Origin: Octopus vulgaris
Taxonomy: Eukaryota
Direction of reading: 5' to 3'
NCBI GenBank assembly: GCA_951406725.2
Contig: OX597822.1
Span: 107,136,001-107,200,000, forward strand
Length of the DNA stretch: 64,000 nt
Part shown: in pieces, positions 38,671 through 52,910 of the stretch
Numbering within the stretch: the stretch's first letter is position 1
Layout: each line of letters opens with the position of its first letter
Made by a program: the position numbers and the translations under genes
The notes under the pieces: generated by a model
The model's database searches: none
What the model saw: the letters and a program-made list of their open reading frames with translations, nothing else
Told to the model about the DNA's origin: nothing

Positions 38671-39110
38671 CTCTGTAATAATTACAATAATGATTATTAT
38701 GATAAGCTTAAACCTTAGGAGAGTGCACCGTGTGCTGACTAAAGATACTAGTTTAATATTTGGGCATATAAGTACTCGTCGGAGAAAATGGCGCATATAA
38801 ACCCTCGACGGCCTTATTATATGCCCCAATCGTATGCATATATCTGTACCTGTATGCATATACAAGTGCATTGTGTGATTTTAAAGAATGTGTGTATTTA
38901 TAAACGTTTTGTTATACTGCTGTACATGTATATAAATATTCTATCAGAGGACACTGAACATAATAAGTGGCAGTTTAGGCACGCATGGTTATAGCATCTG
39001 TCCGTGTCTCTTGTACACGCAAATAGTAGACACACACACAAAAAAAAAAAAAAAACGCTGAGGAAAGACACGCACATGTCTATGTGTGCATAAGAATGTA
39101 TATATGGTTT

Positions 39111-39497
39111 GTGGAGGCGCAATGGCCCAGTGGTTAGGGCAGCGGACTCGCGGTCATAGGATTGCGGTTTCGATTCCCAGACCAGGCGTTGTGAGTGTTT
39201 ATTGAGCGAAAATACCTAAAGCTCCACGAGGCTTCGGCAGGGGATGGTGGTGATCCCTGCTGTACTCTTTCACCACAACTTTCTCTCACTCTTACTTCCT
39301 GTTTCTCTTGTACATGTATTTCAAAGGGCCGGCCTTGTCACTCTCTGTGTCACGCTGAATATCCCCGAGAACTACGTTAAGGGTACACGTGTCTGTGGAG
39401 TGCTCAGCCACTAACACGTTAATTTCACGAGCAGGCTGTTCCGTTGATTCGGATCAACCGGAACCCTCGTCGTCGTAACCGACGGAGTGCTTCTCTC
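39111..39497 (+). mobile_element. SINE family B type 1, full length with 10-bp TSD
   Basis: TSD TATATGGTTT at 39101-39110 and 39498-39507. Confidence 0.92.
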
Positions 39498-40069
39498 TAT
39501 ATGGTTTATATGTAGATTGTTAGAGCTGCAGTAGCAAAGTATATGATGAAATGTGGGAAGGCTTTATAGTAGTGTGCGTATGCAATTAGAATGCAATATG
39601 GTCTGAGGTCAGTTTATGCAATAACAAAGTCAAGCGAAATAAATTAGAATAGGAAAATATAAAGTGACAAAGAATGAACTAGAAAATTGAAATAAATTCT
39701 AGGAGAATAAATTTGAATTGAATGAAGAAGGGAAATAATGTTGCAGAATTACAGCAATGAAAATTCAAAGAGCGTGTAGGAAGGAATGAAAAATAGGAAA
39801 AGAAAAGCTGCAAGTACTTAAATAGATAAATAGATAGACAGATAGACCAATGCATGGTTAGATAGCTTGATAGAGAGAAAATAAATGATTGGATAATTAA
39901 ATCGACTGAAAGACATATCAATGTAGAAGTATGGATGTATGTACATATTATATAGGTATACACACGAACACATATATTATACACACATACTAGTGAAAGG
40001 GGACAGTCAGAAAGTATGATAAAACTTAAATACTTTTGTATGCGTGTGGGTGTATATATATTTATGTGC

Positions 40070-40122
<53 letters not shown>

Positions 40123-40187
40123 AATTATTAGAGAGTTAACCACTAGGTATTATTAAATTAATATCAATTTTTCACCCACATTTATAA

Positions 40188-40223
<36 letters not shown>

Positions 40224-40823
40224 TTGTGAGTGTGCGTGTGCGTGTGTGTATGTATGTATATTATATGCGTATATAAATATATTATAAGCAAAATGTATAA
40301 TATGCATATCTGTCTCTGTCATCTGCCTATGTATGGTTGTATGTATATATACATTATGTGTGTGGGCGTGCAATGAGTGTGAATACGCACATCATGAACA
40401 TGTACATGCGCATACACATATATGGGCACCTATATTGTATACATGTATATACGCATACAAATCCGCGTATTACCTACCTATGATATTTAAATTGCATCTC
40501 AGCGGTATTGGAAGAGACATACGCATATATATATATATATATAGATATATATATATATATATATGCATATATATATATATGTAATGTATTATACTATATT
40601 TTGGATGCTGGATGTGTATATCTGCATATATGTCATGCTATATGTATACATACGAGAATAAGAATATTGGCAATGATCTTTGTTACCTTTTTATTTGCGA
40701 GCCATTATCATATAATTATCACGGTTTTATGAATATACGCTTCCAGTATTTTTTATAGATGCAAAGAGAAACGTGTGTACGTGGTTGCACACGATATATG
40801 CATCTATCTATGACCCTCTTTCT

Positions 40824-40855
<32 letters not shown>

Positions 40856-41849
40856 TGCATACACACACATATATATGTATACATACATACAAGCAAAAAT
40901 ATATACAAACATAGTTGAGACGAGTTTTATATTCTTACAGTTTTTGTATGAGGCGATAAATATGGATGGGCGATACATCTATTGGCTATAGATATATTCA
41001 GGTCTATTATAGTACTATGATATCATATGTAATAAAGTTAACTTCATCTGATAAACATATACACCATCACACACAAACAGACGCACTCACACATATATAC
41101 ATACATGCATTCTTACCTAGCTAGCTACCTACCTACCTATCTACCTACCTACCGACCTACATACATACATACATACATACATAGATAAATACATACATAC
41201 ATACATATTCACGTACATATATTTCTACGTGAGCTCGAATAGTGAAAGTGCAAAATGGCGGACAAGCATTTTATTAATATTCATACGATGTTCCAATAAA
41301 AAAAAATATATATATATCTTTATATGATACGAACATAAACAAGAAGAAGAAGAAGAAATATGATCCAAAAAATTCGCATTTCTCTTGATGCTATTGAATG
41401 GTTTATTGTAATATCAGCTAAGTAGGTGAGGTGATTGTTAAGGAAATTTGTTGATTAAAGTTCATTTCACGTGAGTGCAATAAATCATAAAAAAAATTAT
41501 GTGTGTATAAAGTTGGTGATATTTCCGCAAAGTTTTGTCTATAGGGTATCAAACAATCGCTTAAAGTGAGTAAGAGAGTTCGGTTCCTTCGACATTATGG
41601 TGATACATCCATTGTTATTTTCAAGTCTCATAATTCCGAACGACAGTCTGTTTGGTTGAATGTTTTGTAAGAAAGCGATGACAGTATTATTGACCAGTTC
41701 TTAGAAAGGCCACACGCTGTTGAAAGGTCACACAACTTTAAAAGATAACTTGACTTTGAAGGGTCACTTAACTTTAAAGTTTTATCGACTTGAAGTGGCT
41801 CAACTACTAACTGATATTCAGTCACTTAAAGGCCACTCAACCAAGTATT

Positions 41850-42099
41850 ATTCAATCACTCGCACACAAACATCCTGAACCGCCTCCAGAGAAGAGTCGC
41901 TTAACTATTAGTACTCAAAGGGACACGCTTTAGCCTCTGGTTCACAGACGCACTGACCCTTCCCTCTTTTCTATCGCTACTACAAGGACATTTGTTCCTC
42001 AGAGATGACAGGTCTCATACCCCAACAACTGAAGCTCCCTCAAACCAGTCGTCTTTCAAATTCTTTCAGTGTTTTTGCATTCATCCCTTCAAGTCAAGT
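41850..42099 (+). pseudogene. jockey/CR1-group LINE RT C-terminal remnant
   Basis: NILNRLQRRVA, PLVHRR, SLFYRYYKDICSSEMTGLIP resemble LQPLSHRR..SLFYRYY.G.CSSEL. Confidence 0.65.
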
Positions 42100-42112
42100 T
42101 AAAGTATATTAT

Positions 42113-42437
42113 TTATTTATGTTATTTATTTATGCGCCCTTTCCAAGCCTAACCAAGCTAATGGCCCAGTTTCCCAGTTTCTATGGCGTATGTGTTCCCC
42201 GCTAGCTGAACGGGACACCAGTCCATCGAAGCGTTACTCAAGAAACAAGAAGAAAGAGTGAGAGAAAGTTAGGCGAAAGAGTACAATAGGGGATCGCCAC
42301 CTCCCCCTGCAGGAGCCTCGTGGAGCTTTTAGGTGTTTTCGCTCAATAAACACACACAACACCCGGTTTGGGAATCGAAGCTGCAATCCTCCGACCACGA
42401 GTCCGCTGCCCTAACCATTGGGCCATTGCGCCCCCAC
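42113..42437 (-). mobile_element. SINE family B type 3 (V-domain-like tail) with 13-bp TSD
   Basis: Family B head then GTAACGCTTCGATGGACTGGTGTCCCGTTCAG..AGAAACTGGGA; (TAAA)n tail; TSD TAAAGTATATTAT at 42100-42112 and 42438-42450. Confidence 0.85.
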
Positions 42438-44701
42438 TAAAGTATATTATCCCATATAAATTCCTTTCATAGAGATTAGAAGTGAGATTTGGCCGTTATT
42501 TCCAGCAGGATAACTTAGTGAGTTAACGTTCCCTCAGTAACTGGACAATACTACTGCATCTGTTACTTTTGTTTAGATTTACGTTAGACTTGAACGAGCA
42601 GGCCTATAATGAACAACATTTCAGCCGTGCCCTTACCGTCTTTTATGAGGTGTTGCAAACAAGTACTAAATTATCCAATGCATTCTTGTATAAAATGGTA
42701 GAGAATGATTTTACACATTTGACTTTCATTTTAGGCTGGTCGAATGGCTAAATATAAGCAACATTGTCCAATAGTGATTCGTTCCTGCTTTGCAGCATCT
42801 ATTTAGAAGTGGTACGGCCACCAAAGACATAAATGTCACCGCAAGTTATAAGAGAAGAATTACCGTCTTTTGAGTGATAGTGTAATAGACCATATCATCT
42901 GCCTGGCAATATAGAGCCACATACATTTATATTTAATTTAGATATATCCCAACTAACGACAGATGATCAACTTCTAGCGTACATTCAATCAATATAGTTA
43001 TACGTATGAGTTAAATACCAGTGTTGTAGTAGATAATGAAGTATAAACGATTTGTGTAATATACTATATCATCATTTTGGCAATCTACATATATATTTGG
43101 CAGCTTATATATTTACTGCTAATCTAAATACACCAAAAATTAATGACAGAAAAATCAACAGCTAGTATATATTAGGCAATACAGTTTTAAGTAAGAGTTA
43201 AATGGCTGGTTTCTTTTAGGGAATAGAATATAAATTGCTCATTATATACTTGAGAGTAAAATATAAATTGCTCATTATCTACTTTAGAATAAAATATAAA
43301 TTGTTAGTTATTTACTAGAGATATATATGTTAATTTCTGCCAAAGATTTCAGTGCTAGTTTTTCGTCAGAGATCTCAAAGGATGTTTTATTCGATTACCA
43401 TATGACAAAGGAGTCTCTCTTTGATTTCGACGTATGAGGTTTCAGCAGTCATCTGACTACTCAAAGTGATGACTTCTGAGGAAGACCAGTGTAGGACTAG
43501 CTACACGATTTGGAAATGCTGATATCAGAAATTTGTTGCGAACGCTTGCCACAGACTTAATGATTATCAGGCTTTATTCCATTAGAGTTTTCAATCTCCT
43601 CGGTTAATTGCCTTCATCACGGCTTAGAGTATAATTTAATATGCTAGGTAAATGAGCTCTTGAGTACACCACATAGTAATATTCTATCATGGAAGGACAA
43701 GGATTGGCAGAATTATCAGAGCGTTAAGGAGAGTAAATCAGGGTATTTAGTTCTGTCTTTTACCTGAGGTCAAATCCCACGGCATTATCTTTGCCTCTCT
43801 TCTTTCCAAAGCTGATAAAATAAAGTACCACTCAAGTTCTGGGATCGATATAATCGACTGTAATACAACCCTTAAATTCCTGGCCATCAAAAAACGGTTG
43901 GGAATATGGCTGTGATTTTGAGATTTACCGACCAGCTGCTATGCGTTATCTATTCTGCAAATTTCAAAATCTAGACCAGGGATCATCTGATTTAGATTTG
44001 TAATGTACAAAGAATTAGCTTCTGCTTAAGAAAGTGGTAAGTGATGAAAATTACTCGCATGAGATGAGTAGCGTTGAAGTGCTCGGAAAGCAGATGCTTG
44101 GTGGTGGCTGTCATTTTCTGCTTAAAGCCAATTGTCTTTTCACTTTCTTTCAGATAGGAAGGATGACGTCATAGCTTTCAACATTTTCTCAAAAAAGACT
44201 TGCACTTTAGAGTTAAATTAAGTTCAACCGAAAGATAATTTAACCAGCATATGAGTTAACTTTATAAAATATACTTGAATACCGTCGCCCTGCCACCAAC
44301 AAGAGCATAGATGAGTTAGGCTTTTGGGACCTAAATGGCTACATGATAAGTTAAAGAGTGGAAAAGTGGGTTGGGAGGTGATTTCTGTAGGTTGTAGGAA
44401 CCTGGAAGAAGTAATGGGAGAATTATTAAGAATACTATCTGGGACGTGACACAGTAAGGGTGATGAGAGAGTGTAGTGTGGACAATAAAATGTAATCTTC
44501 AGGAATGTGAAATTTTAATAAGTGCTTCCAATTTACTCTATAAAAAGGTGAAAGGTCCCACATGTTATATGCATCGAAAGTGGTGAATTGGTACGATGCC
44601 AAAAGTTTTAAAATAATAAATCAACGTCTACACTGGAATGAAATTGTTTGTGCATATATATAATATAATATAATATAATATAATATGATATGATATATCT
44701 A

Positions 44702-44790
<89 letters not shown>

Positions 44791-44840
44791 CTCTCTCTCT
44801 CTCTCTATGTATATATGTATATATATATACATACATACAT

Positions 44841-44915
<75 letters not shown>

Positions 44916-45377
44916 TATATATATACAAATACACATACATACAAACACGCACACATATATATGTATGCATGAATGTATGTATGTATGTCATGCACAGTGA
45001 TATAATTGAATGTACACATAGATTTACAACTACGTATATGGTCGCGCAAGTATTCAAATGTACCTCGATCTTGTCACCTTTAATAATCTATGAAATTATA
45101 ATTCGTATGCGCCATTCATCATATCTAATGGTATTATGAGGGCAGTGGATATTAGAATCGGTACAGTGCAATACAAAATGCTTTCGCACTAAATTTATTA
45201 CTTTTTCTCTAAGCTATCGATCATTATATGATATAAGCCATGGTATGGAAAACTGACAGCGTTATTTAATTGTCCTCTAGTATAGAGTGAGATCAAATTC
45301 TATCGAGGTCGCATTTGGCTTTCATCTATGTAGGGTCTATTAAATCAGACCGATTTATATGAAACCAATTATACGAC

Positions 45378-45666
45378 CCCTGATCGTAAGGTCGTGAGTT
45401 CAATTCCAGGCGGCGCGTTGTGTCCTTGGGCAAGACACTTTATTTCACGTTGCTCCTGTCCACTCAGCTGGCAAAAATGAGTAGTACCTGTATTTCAAAG
45501 GGTTAGCTTTGTCACACTCTGTGTCATACTGAATCTCCCCGAGAACTACGTTAAGGGTACACGTGTTTGTGGAGTGCTCAGCCACTTGCACGTTAATTTC
45601 ACGAGCAGGCTGTTCCGTTGATCGTATCAGCTGGGACCCTCATCGTCGCAACCGACGGAGTGCTCC
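45378..45666 (+). mobile_element. Hybrid SINE: CORE-like head plus family B type 1 tail
   Basis: GAGTTCAATTCC..GTGTCCTTGGGCAAGACACTTTATTTCACGTTGCTCC then GTACCTGTATTTCAAAGGG..GACGGAGTGCTCC. Confidence 0.85.
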
Positions 45667-46244
45667 TTTTTTTTGAATACAAATACATTTACTTAAATAC
45701 AAATAAGAATTTCAATTCCTTAATTAAAAATGAGAGAGAGACCTGGAGAATGGAGAAACACGACATTGACGACGATGAACGAACTGAGAAACCTAGCTGA
45801 TTGAGTGAGCGATTAATCAAACGACCAATTAGTTGATTGGTTAAATGTTTAATTATTTGACCAATAATTAAAAGAAGTGAAATAGAAACAGTGCATGTGT
45901 TTACTAGTGACATAGTGATCCCAAGATAAAACAAAGTATATACAGAAATATATAAAAAGAACATCAGATCATAGCTTTGTTTAAGTGTCCATACAGAAGT
46001 TTATGATAACAATCTCCCCCGTCTGTCCCTCTGCTTCCAGTTTCTAGACGTTACTTTCTATATCAAAATGTAAACTTTTGGGGAAGAAATATTTTTGGTT
46101 GTCTTATATTAGTATTTTCCATTCACAATATATATTTATATATTTTATCGTTTACTTGTTTGAATCATTGGAGTGCGGCCTTACTGGGACACTGCCTTGA
46201 AGAATTTTTAGTGGAAAGAATCAAGTCCAATACTTAAATTTTTT

Positions 46245-46687
46245 ATCTTTTCGGTTTGAACGGCAGTTTTTTAACATAATTTCTACGTAACTAAACACTT
46301 TTAAACTTCGTATACTGGTAGAATGTGTTTATAAAACATATTTTTCTCTTGGCTTTATTGAGAAAATTCTATAGTTTGTAAGATATTTGTTGTTTTTATC
46401 TTCAATTTCTGCAATTTCAACCAATCAATGACGTCTATTGAGGTGAAAACATTCTGTGCTGTATGGAAATATCCCTCGTTTAAGAAACAGATTGGGTTTA
46501 TTTACATTTCTGAAGAAAAAAGATACCCTTCCCCCACCACTAACCCTAACTAACCCTGACTCTAACCTTAACCCTAAAATGGTTATCGATCTATGGAAAT
46601 GCAATAGATCGATACTAGGGTCATAATTATGGGTGACAATTTCACATGACACCGGTAGAAAAAAACTGCCGTTCAAACCGAAAAGAT
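46245..46687. mobile_element. MITE/non-autonomous DNA transposon with 28-bp TIRs, inserted in an old SINE C
   Basis: ATCTTTTCGGTTTGAACGGCAGTTTTTT ... AAAAAACTGCCGTTCAAACCGAAAAGAT; SINE C pieces at 46150-46240 and 46690-46790. Confidence 0.85.
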
Positions 46688-47707
46688 CCTAAAGTTTTGC
46701 TAAGCCTGGTACTCATTCTGTCGGTCTCCTTTGCCGCATCGCCAAATTATGGACTAAATACACCAACACCAGATGTTAGAGCGGTGCCTCGTTGAGGACC
46801 CATATAAGTTTCGTAGAGGATTAGTAATTTTTAGGACGGAAGTATTTTCTTGATTCTGTATATAAAGACCAGTCTTTGAGATGCAATAAAAGATATAAGC
46901 CACTGATTTAAGGCATGGCATTTTCAGTGACTTTAAGGTTTGTAGTTGTATGTTGCTCGTAGTCAGGTTGGGCTCTTATGCGATAATGCTGTTTAAACCT
47001 AGTGTGATTCGGGTAACGTAATATTGTTCGTGCTTAAGGTGATTCCCGATGCGATAATATTGTCTAAATGTGGAGTGATTCGGATACGATAATGTTATTC
47101 AAATTTTGAGGTGATTCATGTTCTATAACGTTGTCCTCATTTAGGATGATTCGAGTTTGATCATATTTTCCTGTTTTATGTTCTTAAATCATTATCATTC
47201 TCAGAATGTTTGCTTAATTTATATTTAATGCTAACAATGTCTGTCTTTAGAAATGTTATCATTAGCATTGAATAATCCGAAACTCTTTGAAACGACACGA
47301 ATATGTCATGATGTAATTTTCCAGCTCGTAAAATAAAGTTGTTGGCCTTTTGTAGATTCATGTGTCTGCCACTCAAGCTGAAGGACATTGGGGTGGAGAT
47401 TAAATGACATATTAGATTACCTGATTCTATATACAGTATTTTAATATTTTCATGCATTAGTAATATTTAGATGTACATGTATTTGATAGCTTATAATAGT
47501 GAATCCTTGAATTTTCTTTTATACAAATGTCTAATATGCTTAAACGCTGTAGTTAAGATAATACACGACTTTTTGTATTAAATTAATACTCAATCTAAAT
47601 TTACATATTAAAATCAGTTTCTAATTTAGGCAACATTTCAGCAGCTATGTGGAGAAAGTATTAGGAAATAGCATCGATCCTAATTTCCGACTGGTACTTT
47701 ATTCTAT

Positions 47708-47938
47708 CTATTTCTTTACTACCCACAAGGGGATAAACACAGAGGGGACAAACAAGGACAGACAAACGAATTAAGTCGATTACATCGACCCCAGTGCGTA
47801 ACTGGTACTTTACTTATCAACCCCGAAAGAATGAAAGGCAAAGTCGACCTCGGCGTAATTTGAACCCAGAGCGTAACGGCAGACGAAATACGTCTACGTA
47901 TTTCGCCCGGCATGTTAACGTTTCTGCCAGCTCGCCGC
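47708..47938 (-). mobile_element. SINE family A, full length
   Basis: Matches family A; degraded relatives at 28875-28975, 43700-43865, 47968-48112, 48725-48845. Confidence 0.9.
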
Positions 47939-49055
47939 ATTAAACTTTATTTTATGAACTTTATTTTATGGTACTTTATTTTATCAACTCCTAAAAGGTA
48001 ACTTAATCACGACGGAATTTGTAACTAGAACGTAAGAGATCCCGAATGGCAAAAAGAGATACTGAATGGTAGATTGCCAGATGCTCTGGCAGCTTCGCAA
48101 GTTAACCGCCTCCTCACAACACATAACAAATAATTTGATATAATGATTGATTATGATAATTAATTTAGTCTTGAACATTCATATTTTGAGTTCATATTGA
48201 AAAGGAAATGATTTATAGTTTATCATTCTTGGGTTAATAACTAAACAAAAATAATTTATTGCACATATCATTAAAAGTAACAAAAAAAAAGACACAATGA
48301 CTTATCAACAACTATAGGTCAGATATAAAACACTTGAGAATAAAACACTTTAACCTTTTCAGTTGGCAAACTATCTGCAAAATAACCTGAAAACTGAATT
48401 ATGAGCTCGTTATGTTGTAACCATTCGTTAAGCTTTGGAACAGAAACTTACATTAGTGATTATAAATTGGCACGTCAGAAACATACACAAAAATCTATAG
48501 TCATTTGTTAAATTTCTAATGTTGCAAATAAAGGTTGATTTAAATCTATATATGTTTAGGTGAGAAGCTACGGGCAAAATGGATATCTCTACGATCTCTT
48601 ATGGCTAAGACCTACTGTAACAAATGGCATTTAAGCTTTCTCAGCCTTTCCTAATGGAGAAGTACGATCACATGAAGGAGTTTATGTTGTGATATCTTAC
48701 AACGAAGGTACAGAATGGATACAATCGTTTGAACGTCGGACATTAATGCCTTGCAATATTGTTTCCAGCTTTCTGCGATTTTAGGTTCAATGGTCGACTC
48801 AGCATTTTGTCCTTTCAGGGTCAATGAATAAAGAACCAATCCATTCATCTTACTTTATTTCTCCCCCACTCTCTCTCACTTACTCATTTGATTACACATA
48901 AAGAAACCATCAAACGGATATTCATATCACGGTCCTAACGTTCTTTTCACAATTCCTTGGCTAAGAATGAAAGAACGATTTCATAATCTGAGACGACGAT
49001 CTAATTTAACCAGAGATCATTTAGGTGGTTGTTTGATCTACTGATATTAAATCAT

Positions 49056-49277
49056 GGCGGTGAGCAGGCAGAAACCTTAGCACGCCGGGCGAAATGCGTA
49101 GCCGTATTTCGTCTGCCGTTACGTTCTGGGTTCAAATTCCGCCGAGGTCGACTTTGTCTTTCATCCTTTCGGGATCGATAAATTAAGTACCAGTTACGCA
49201 CTGGGATCGATCTAATCGACTTAATCCGTTTATCTGTCCCCTCTGCGTTTAGCCCCTTGTGGGCAGTAAAGAAATAG
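49056..49277 (+). mobile_element. SINE family A, full length with TSD
   Basis: Direct repeat GATATTAAATCATGGCG at 49043-49059 and 49277-49293. Confidence 0.92.
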
Positions 49278-49379
49278 ATATTAAATCATGGCGTCTTGCG
49301 TACGTACGTGCATATATCGAGGACCACCAAGGAAGACGGAAGTATGCACAATTGGCCTATCCTGCCAGGGAAAACATCG

Positions 49380-49487
49380 TTATCGATGTGAAGTTTAAGA
49401 AAAATCGGTCGAGTCGTTTTGGCGCAAAACGAGGACATACCGATACACACAGACAAACAGACATTTTCAGTTTTAATATGTAAAATG
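49380..49487 (-). mobile_element. Helitron-like 5' fragment
   Basis: Minus strand: TATTAAAACTGAAAATGTCTGTTTGTCTG..AAAACGACTCGACCGATTTTTCTTAAACTT, typical of non-autonomous Helitron 5' regions. Confidence 0.5.
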
Positions 49488-50197
49488 AGAACAAAACGTA
49501 AGAACCAGTAGTACACTGTAGATTTAATTATACATTCTACTAACTTCTCCAGGCTTTTACAAATGTATGCAATGCAAAACTTTAGTTCTTTAGCCTCAAT
49601 TCAATATGATGAATCAAAAATATGATCAAAAGCATTTCAGCCGTAGGCATTCCGTTCCTTAGTTTATTCTTCTAGGTCAATATTATTTGGTGTATCCTTG
49701 TGGTTCTAGCATTACAAGAAGTCACTGAAAGAGAATTTGGCTAATATCTGTTGGAGGTCGAGTGACTACGTTGATGATATTTCATTAATATTGGTATTTA
49801 TCCAAATGATTTGTATAAGCACACGCATGGCTGTATGATTAACAGATGTGAGACAAATTATACAATACTGATATTTGAGAATATACACACACATATACAC
49901 ATATACTTTTACATACACACATATATACATAGAAACATATACATGCATATATATATACATGCATAGATATCTATATATACATATGCATATATCTATCTAT
50001 ACATATACATACGTGTATATATATATATATATATATATACATATGCATACACAAATATATATATGTATTCATACGTCAGCGTGTTAACGTTTTAGTGATA
50101 TTGTTGCTTATTTGCGTATTTTTCGACTCTAACTTCTAGCAAAGCTGGTACTATCTTGTATCCTAGATTATAAATGACCTACCTGTATGTCTGTCTG

Positions 50198-50261
<64 letters not shown>

Positions 50262-50266
50262 ATCTA

Positions 50267-50317
<51 letters not shown>

Positions 50318-50321
<4 letters not shown>

Positions 50322-50679
50322 TTGCTATTATGCTAAACTGTCGTATGTCCAAATTTGGCCAGATGCGTTTTTTTCAATATCTTATTTTGCTTGCAATAGG
50401 CGGTTCTTCTGATCAAACTATCTTATCTCCAGCTAATTCAGATGAAAATTGTCAAAGTGTAATACAACGGTGTAGTAAGCCCCACATGCGACAGTTTTAG
50501 AAAAATATCCTCACTGAAAATATACAATCATAGAGTTACGATTTTATGCATTCCACAAAGTATTATTGTTAAGCTGAAACTGTTGCTAATGTAAAAAGTA
50601 ATGGAATGGTGAAAATATTTTTTCATTTTCTGAAAAAGCAACATTTTGACTTACGACACTTTTGAATAATAGCAATGAT
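50318..50679. mobile_element. MITE with ~32-bp imperfect TIRs at a TA site
   Basis: ATCGTTGCTATTATGCTAAACTGTCGTATGTC versus reverse complement of GACTTACGACACTTTTGAATAATAGCAATGAT. Confidence 0.7.
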
Positions 50680-50699
50680 ATATAAGTAAGGATAAATGG

Positions 50700-50995
50700 T
50701 AAAGAGCTCCTTCAATCATGAATGGGATTGGAATTGCACTTAAAAATTTCCTTTCCAAGGCACAAGTCCAAGCAAGATTATTTATGGAAGACCAACAGTC
50801 GCACATTCATAACAGTCTCCTCTCTCCACGACGCCGATGTTATCCAAGGGAAAAGCATTTCTAAAGCTGAGTGAACTGGAGCAACGTGAAATAAAGTGTC
50901 TCGCCCAAGAACATAACACACAGCCCGGTCCGGGAATCGAACTCACTATCTAATGATTGTGAGCCTGATATTCTAACCACTGAGCCATGCGCTTT
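50700..50995 (-). mobile_element. CORE-head SINE with a further tail type
   Basis: Minus strand ATGGCTCAGTGGTTAG..GAGTTCGATTCCCGG..TCTTGGGCGAGACACTTTATTTCACGTTGCTCCAG. Confidence 0.7.
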
Positions 50996-52412
50996 CACAC
51001 ACACACACACGCAAATATGCATACACACACACACACATATATATATATATGCGTGTGTTTGTGCGTATAAACATTCCAGTTCTTCGATTTGTAATTTATT
51101 TTTTCCCTCAGCCTGTGCAACTATAGAATGTCAATGTGTGTCAGAGTCGTTTAGTTTCTTCTCTTCTAATCCCCTGACACTAATTCCACGTGTCTATTTC
51201 TTTTCTGTCATTCCTGTCAATTTCTATAAACGGTAATTCCACTGGATAAATCAACAAATGAAACTCGATCAAACAATGGTGTCACATCGACTGATTCTTC
51301 AATTCTATGTCAGCATTCAAAAGCTTAAACCGGAATTCTAAACTGTTTAGCAAGCCAAATTTATGCATATTCTAATTTTTCTTTAATCGATTTTAGTATT
51401 GGAATTATATTCCTGTGCCAAGACTAAACTGCTTCCTTATCCGTTTCCTATTACGCTCTAATGACTGCTTCTGGTCTAGAAATCCAGAGAGTACAATGAG
51501 ACACGCACGTGTTATCTTATTCTATTTTCTCTAATCAACAATTTAACATAATTTTACAATACACTTCTGCAACAATGAATATTATTTGTGGTTCGTCTGG
51601 TTATTTTTTTTTAAGTCCGGGAAAAGGTTTCAGGATTAAAGTATTATTTAATGGAAAACAAAGTGACACGCGTTTGAAATCGTTCAAGCATATATTTTTT
51701 TCTTTTTTAATCTGTATGTCTGTATTTAACCGTGTAGCATGCACTGTTAAATGTGAACTCCTCGAACTGCCGATGTCAGGATACCTTTAAGATGATACAG
51801 TGTAGTCTTCCCTTACATACTTTAGGCGTATAAGATAATCTGATGCCAGTGCTGCGTTCTAACAATACATTAAATAATTATATTCGCTCAGTTAAGCGAA
51901 CATATTGGAATTAAGACCTTGATCTATTAAGATTCAAGTGTCTTGAACAGATAGCCTGCGCAGCTCCATTGACACGGACGTGAACTACCAACCTCTCGGC
52001 CAAAAGTTCATTATTCTCTCGATTATCTCACCTGTAACAGTTTCTCATGAGCCATTATTTCACTATACAGAATATCGAAGATATTAATTATCCTGCGCCG
52101 TGGTGCGGAGGATCGGCCCTATTCAGTTCAGTATCATCAAGGGTGGTAGTAGTAACATTGATGAGGGCATTAGCAAAGTGAATAAAGGATTATTAAAGTA
52201 GAGGGATTTTGTGTACTGGGCTTTGTTGGACAAGAATTTACAACCTACGCTTCAGCAGATACCAACTTGAATGTAAATGAAAAGACTTTGTCTCTTGTGA
52301 TTTATCGTAGATACTTCATTCTCCTTCAGAATTCGAGTAAAGTGTGAATCATAATAATGAGATCTCACTCCAGCCATAGGTACTTGCATTTAAAATGTGT
52401 CCAAAACCAGTA

Positions 52413-52513
<101 letters not shown>

Positions 52514-52598
52514 GTCCATCCATCAATCTAACTGTCTATTTATCCATCCATCCATCCATCCATCCATCCATCCATCTATCCATCCATCCATCAAGCTG

Positions 52599-52688
<90 letters not shown>

Positions 52689-52910
52689 ACAATGGACGGA
52701 CGCTAGTCATATCGGCTCCACGTAAGTTGGCCACTTTTACATGTTTAAAACTCCTTGTTGTCAAATATTTTGTTTTAATCGTTGTGCAAGTTCATTCACT
52801 AAAAAACCTGAGAATTATTCACGTAGAATTCCGCCCCTGTATGGGCGAAATTACCAAAAACTTTCAAGACTTTCGTTAGGTTCTTTTTAGCCATTTTTTT
52901 TATTTTGAAA

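Noticed and set aside
43470-43535. CTGAGGA...GAAA...TC possible hammerhead
   Set aside because: Stems I and III do not pair convincingly; likely chance
46981-47168. Repeat-spacer-like periodicity suggesting a CRISPR array
   Set aside because: Repeats are short and degenerate, intervening bases are mutually related, no cas genes, eukaryotic context
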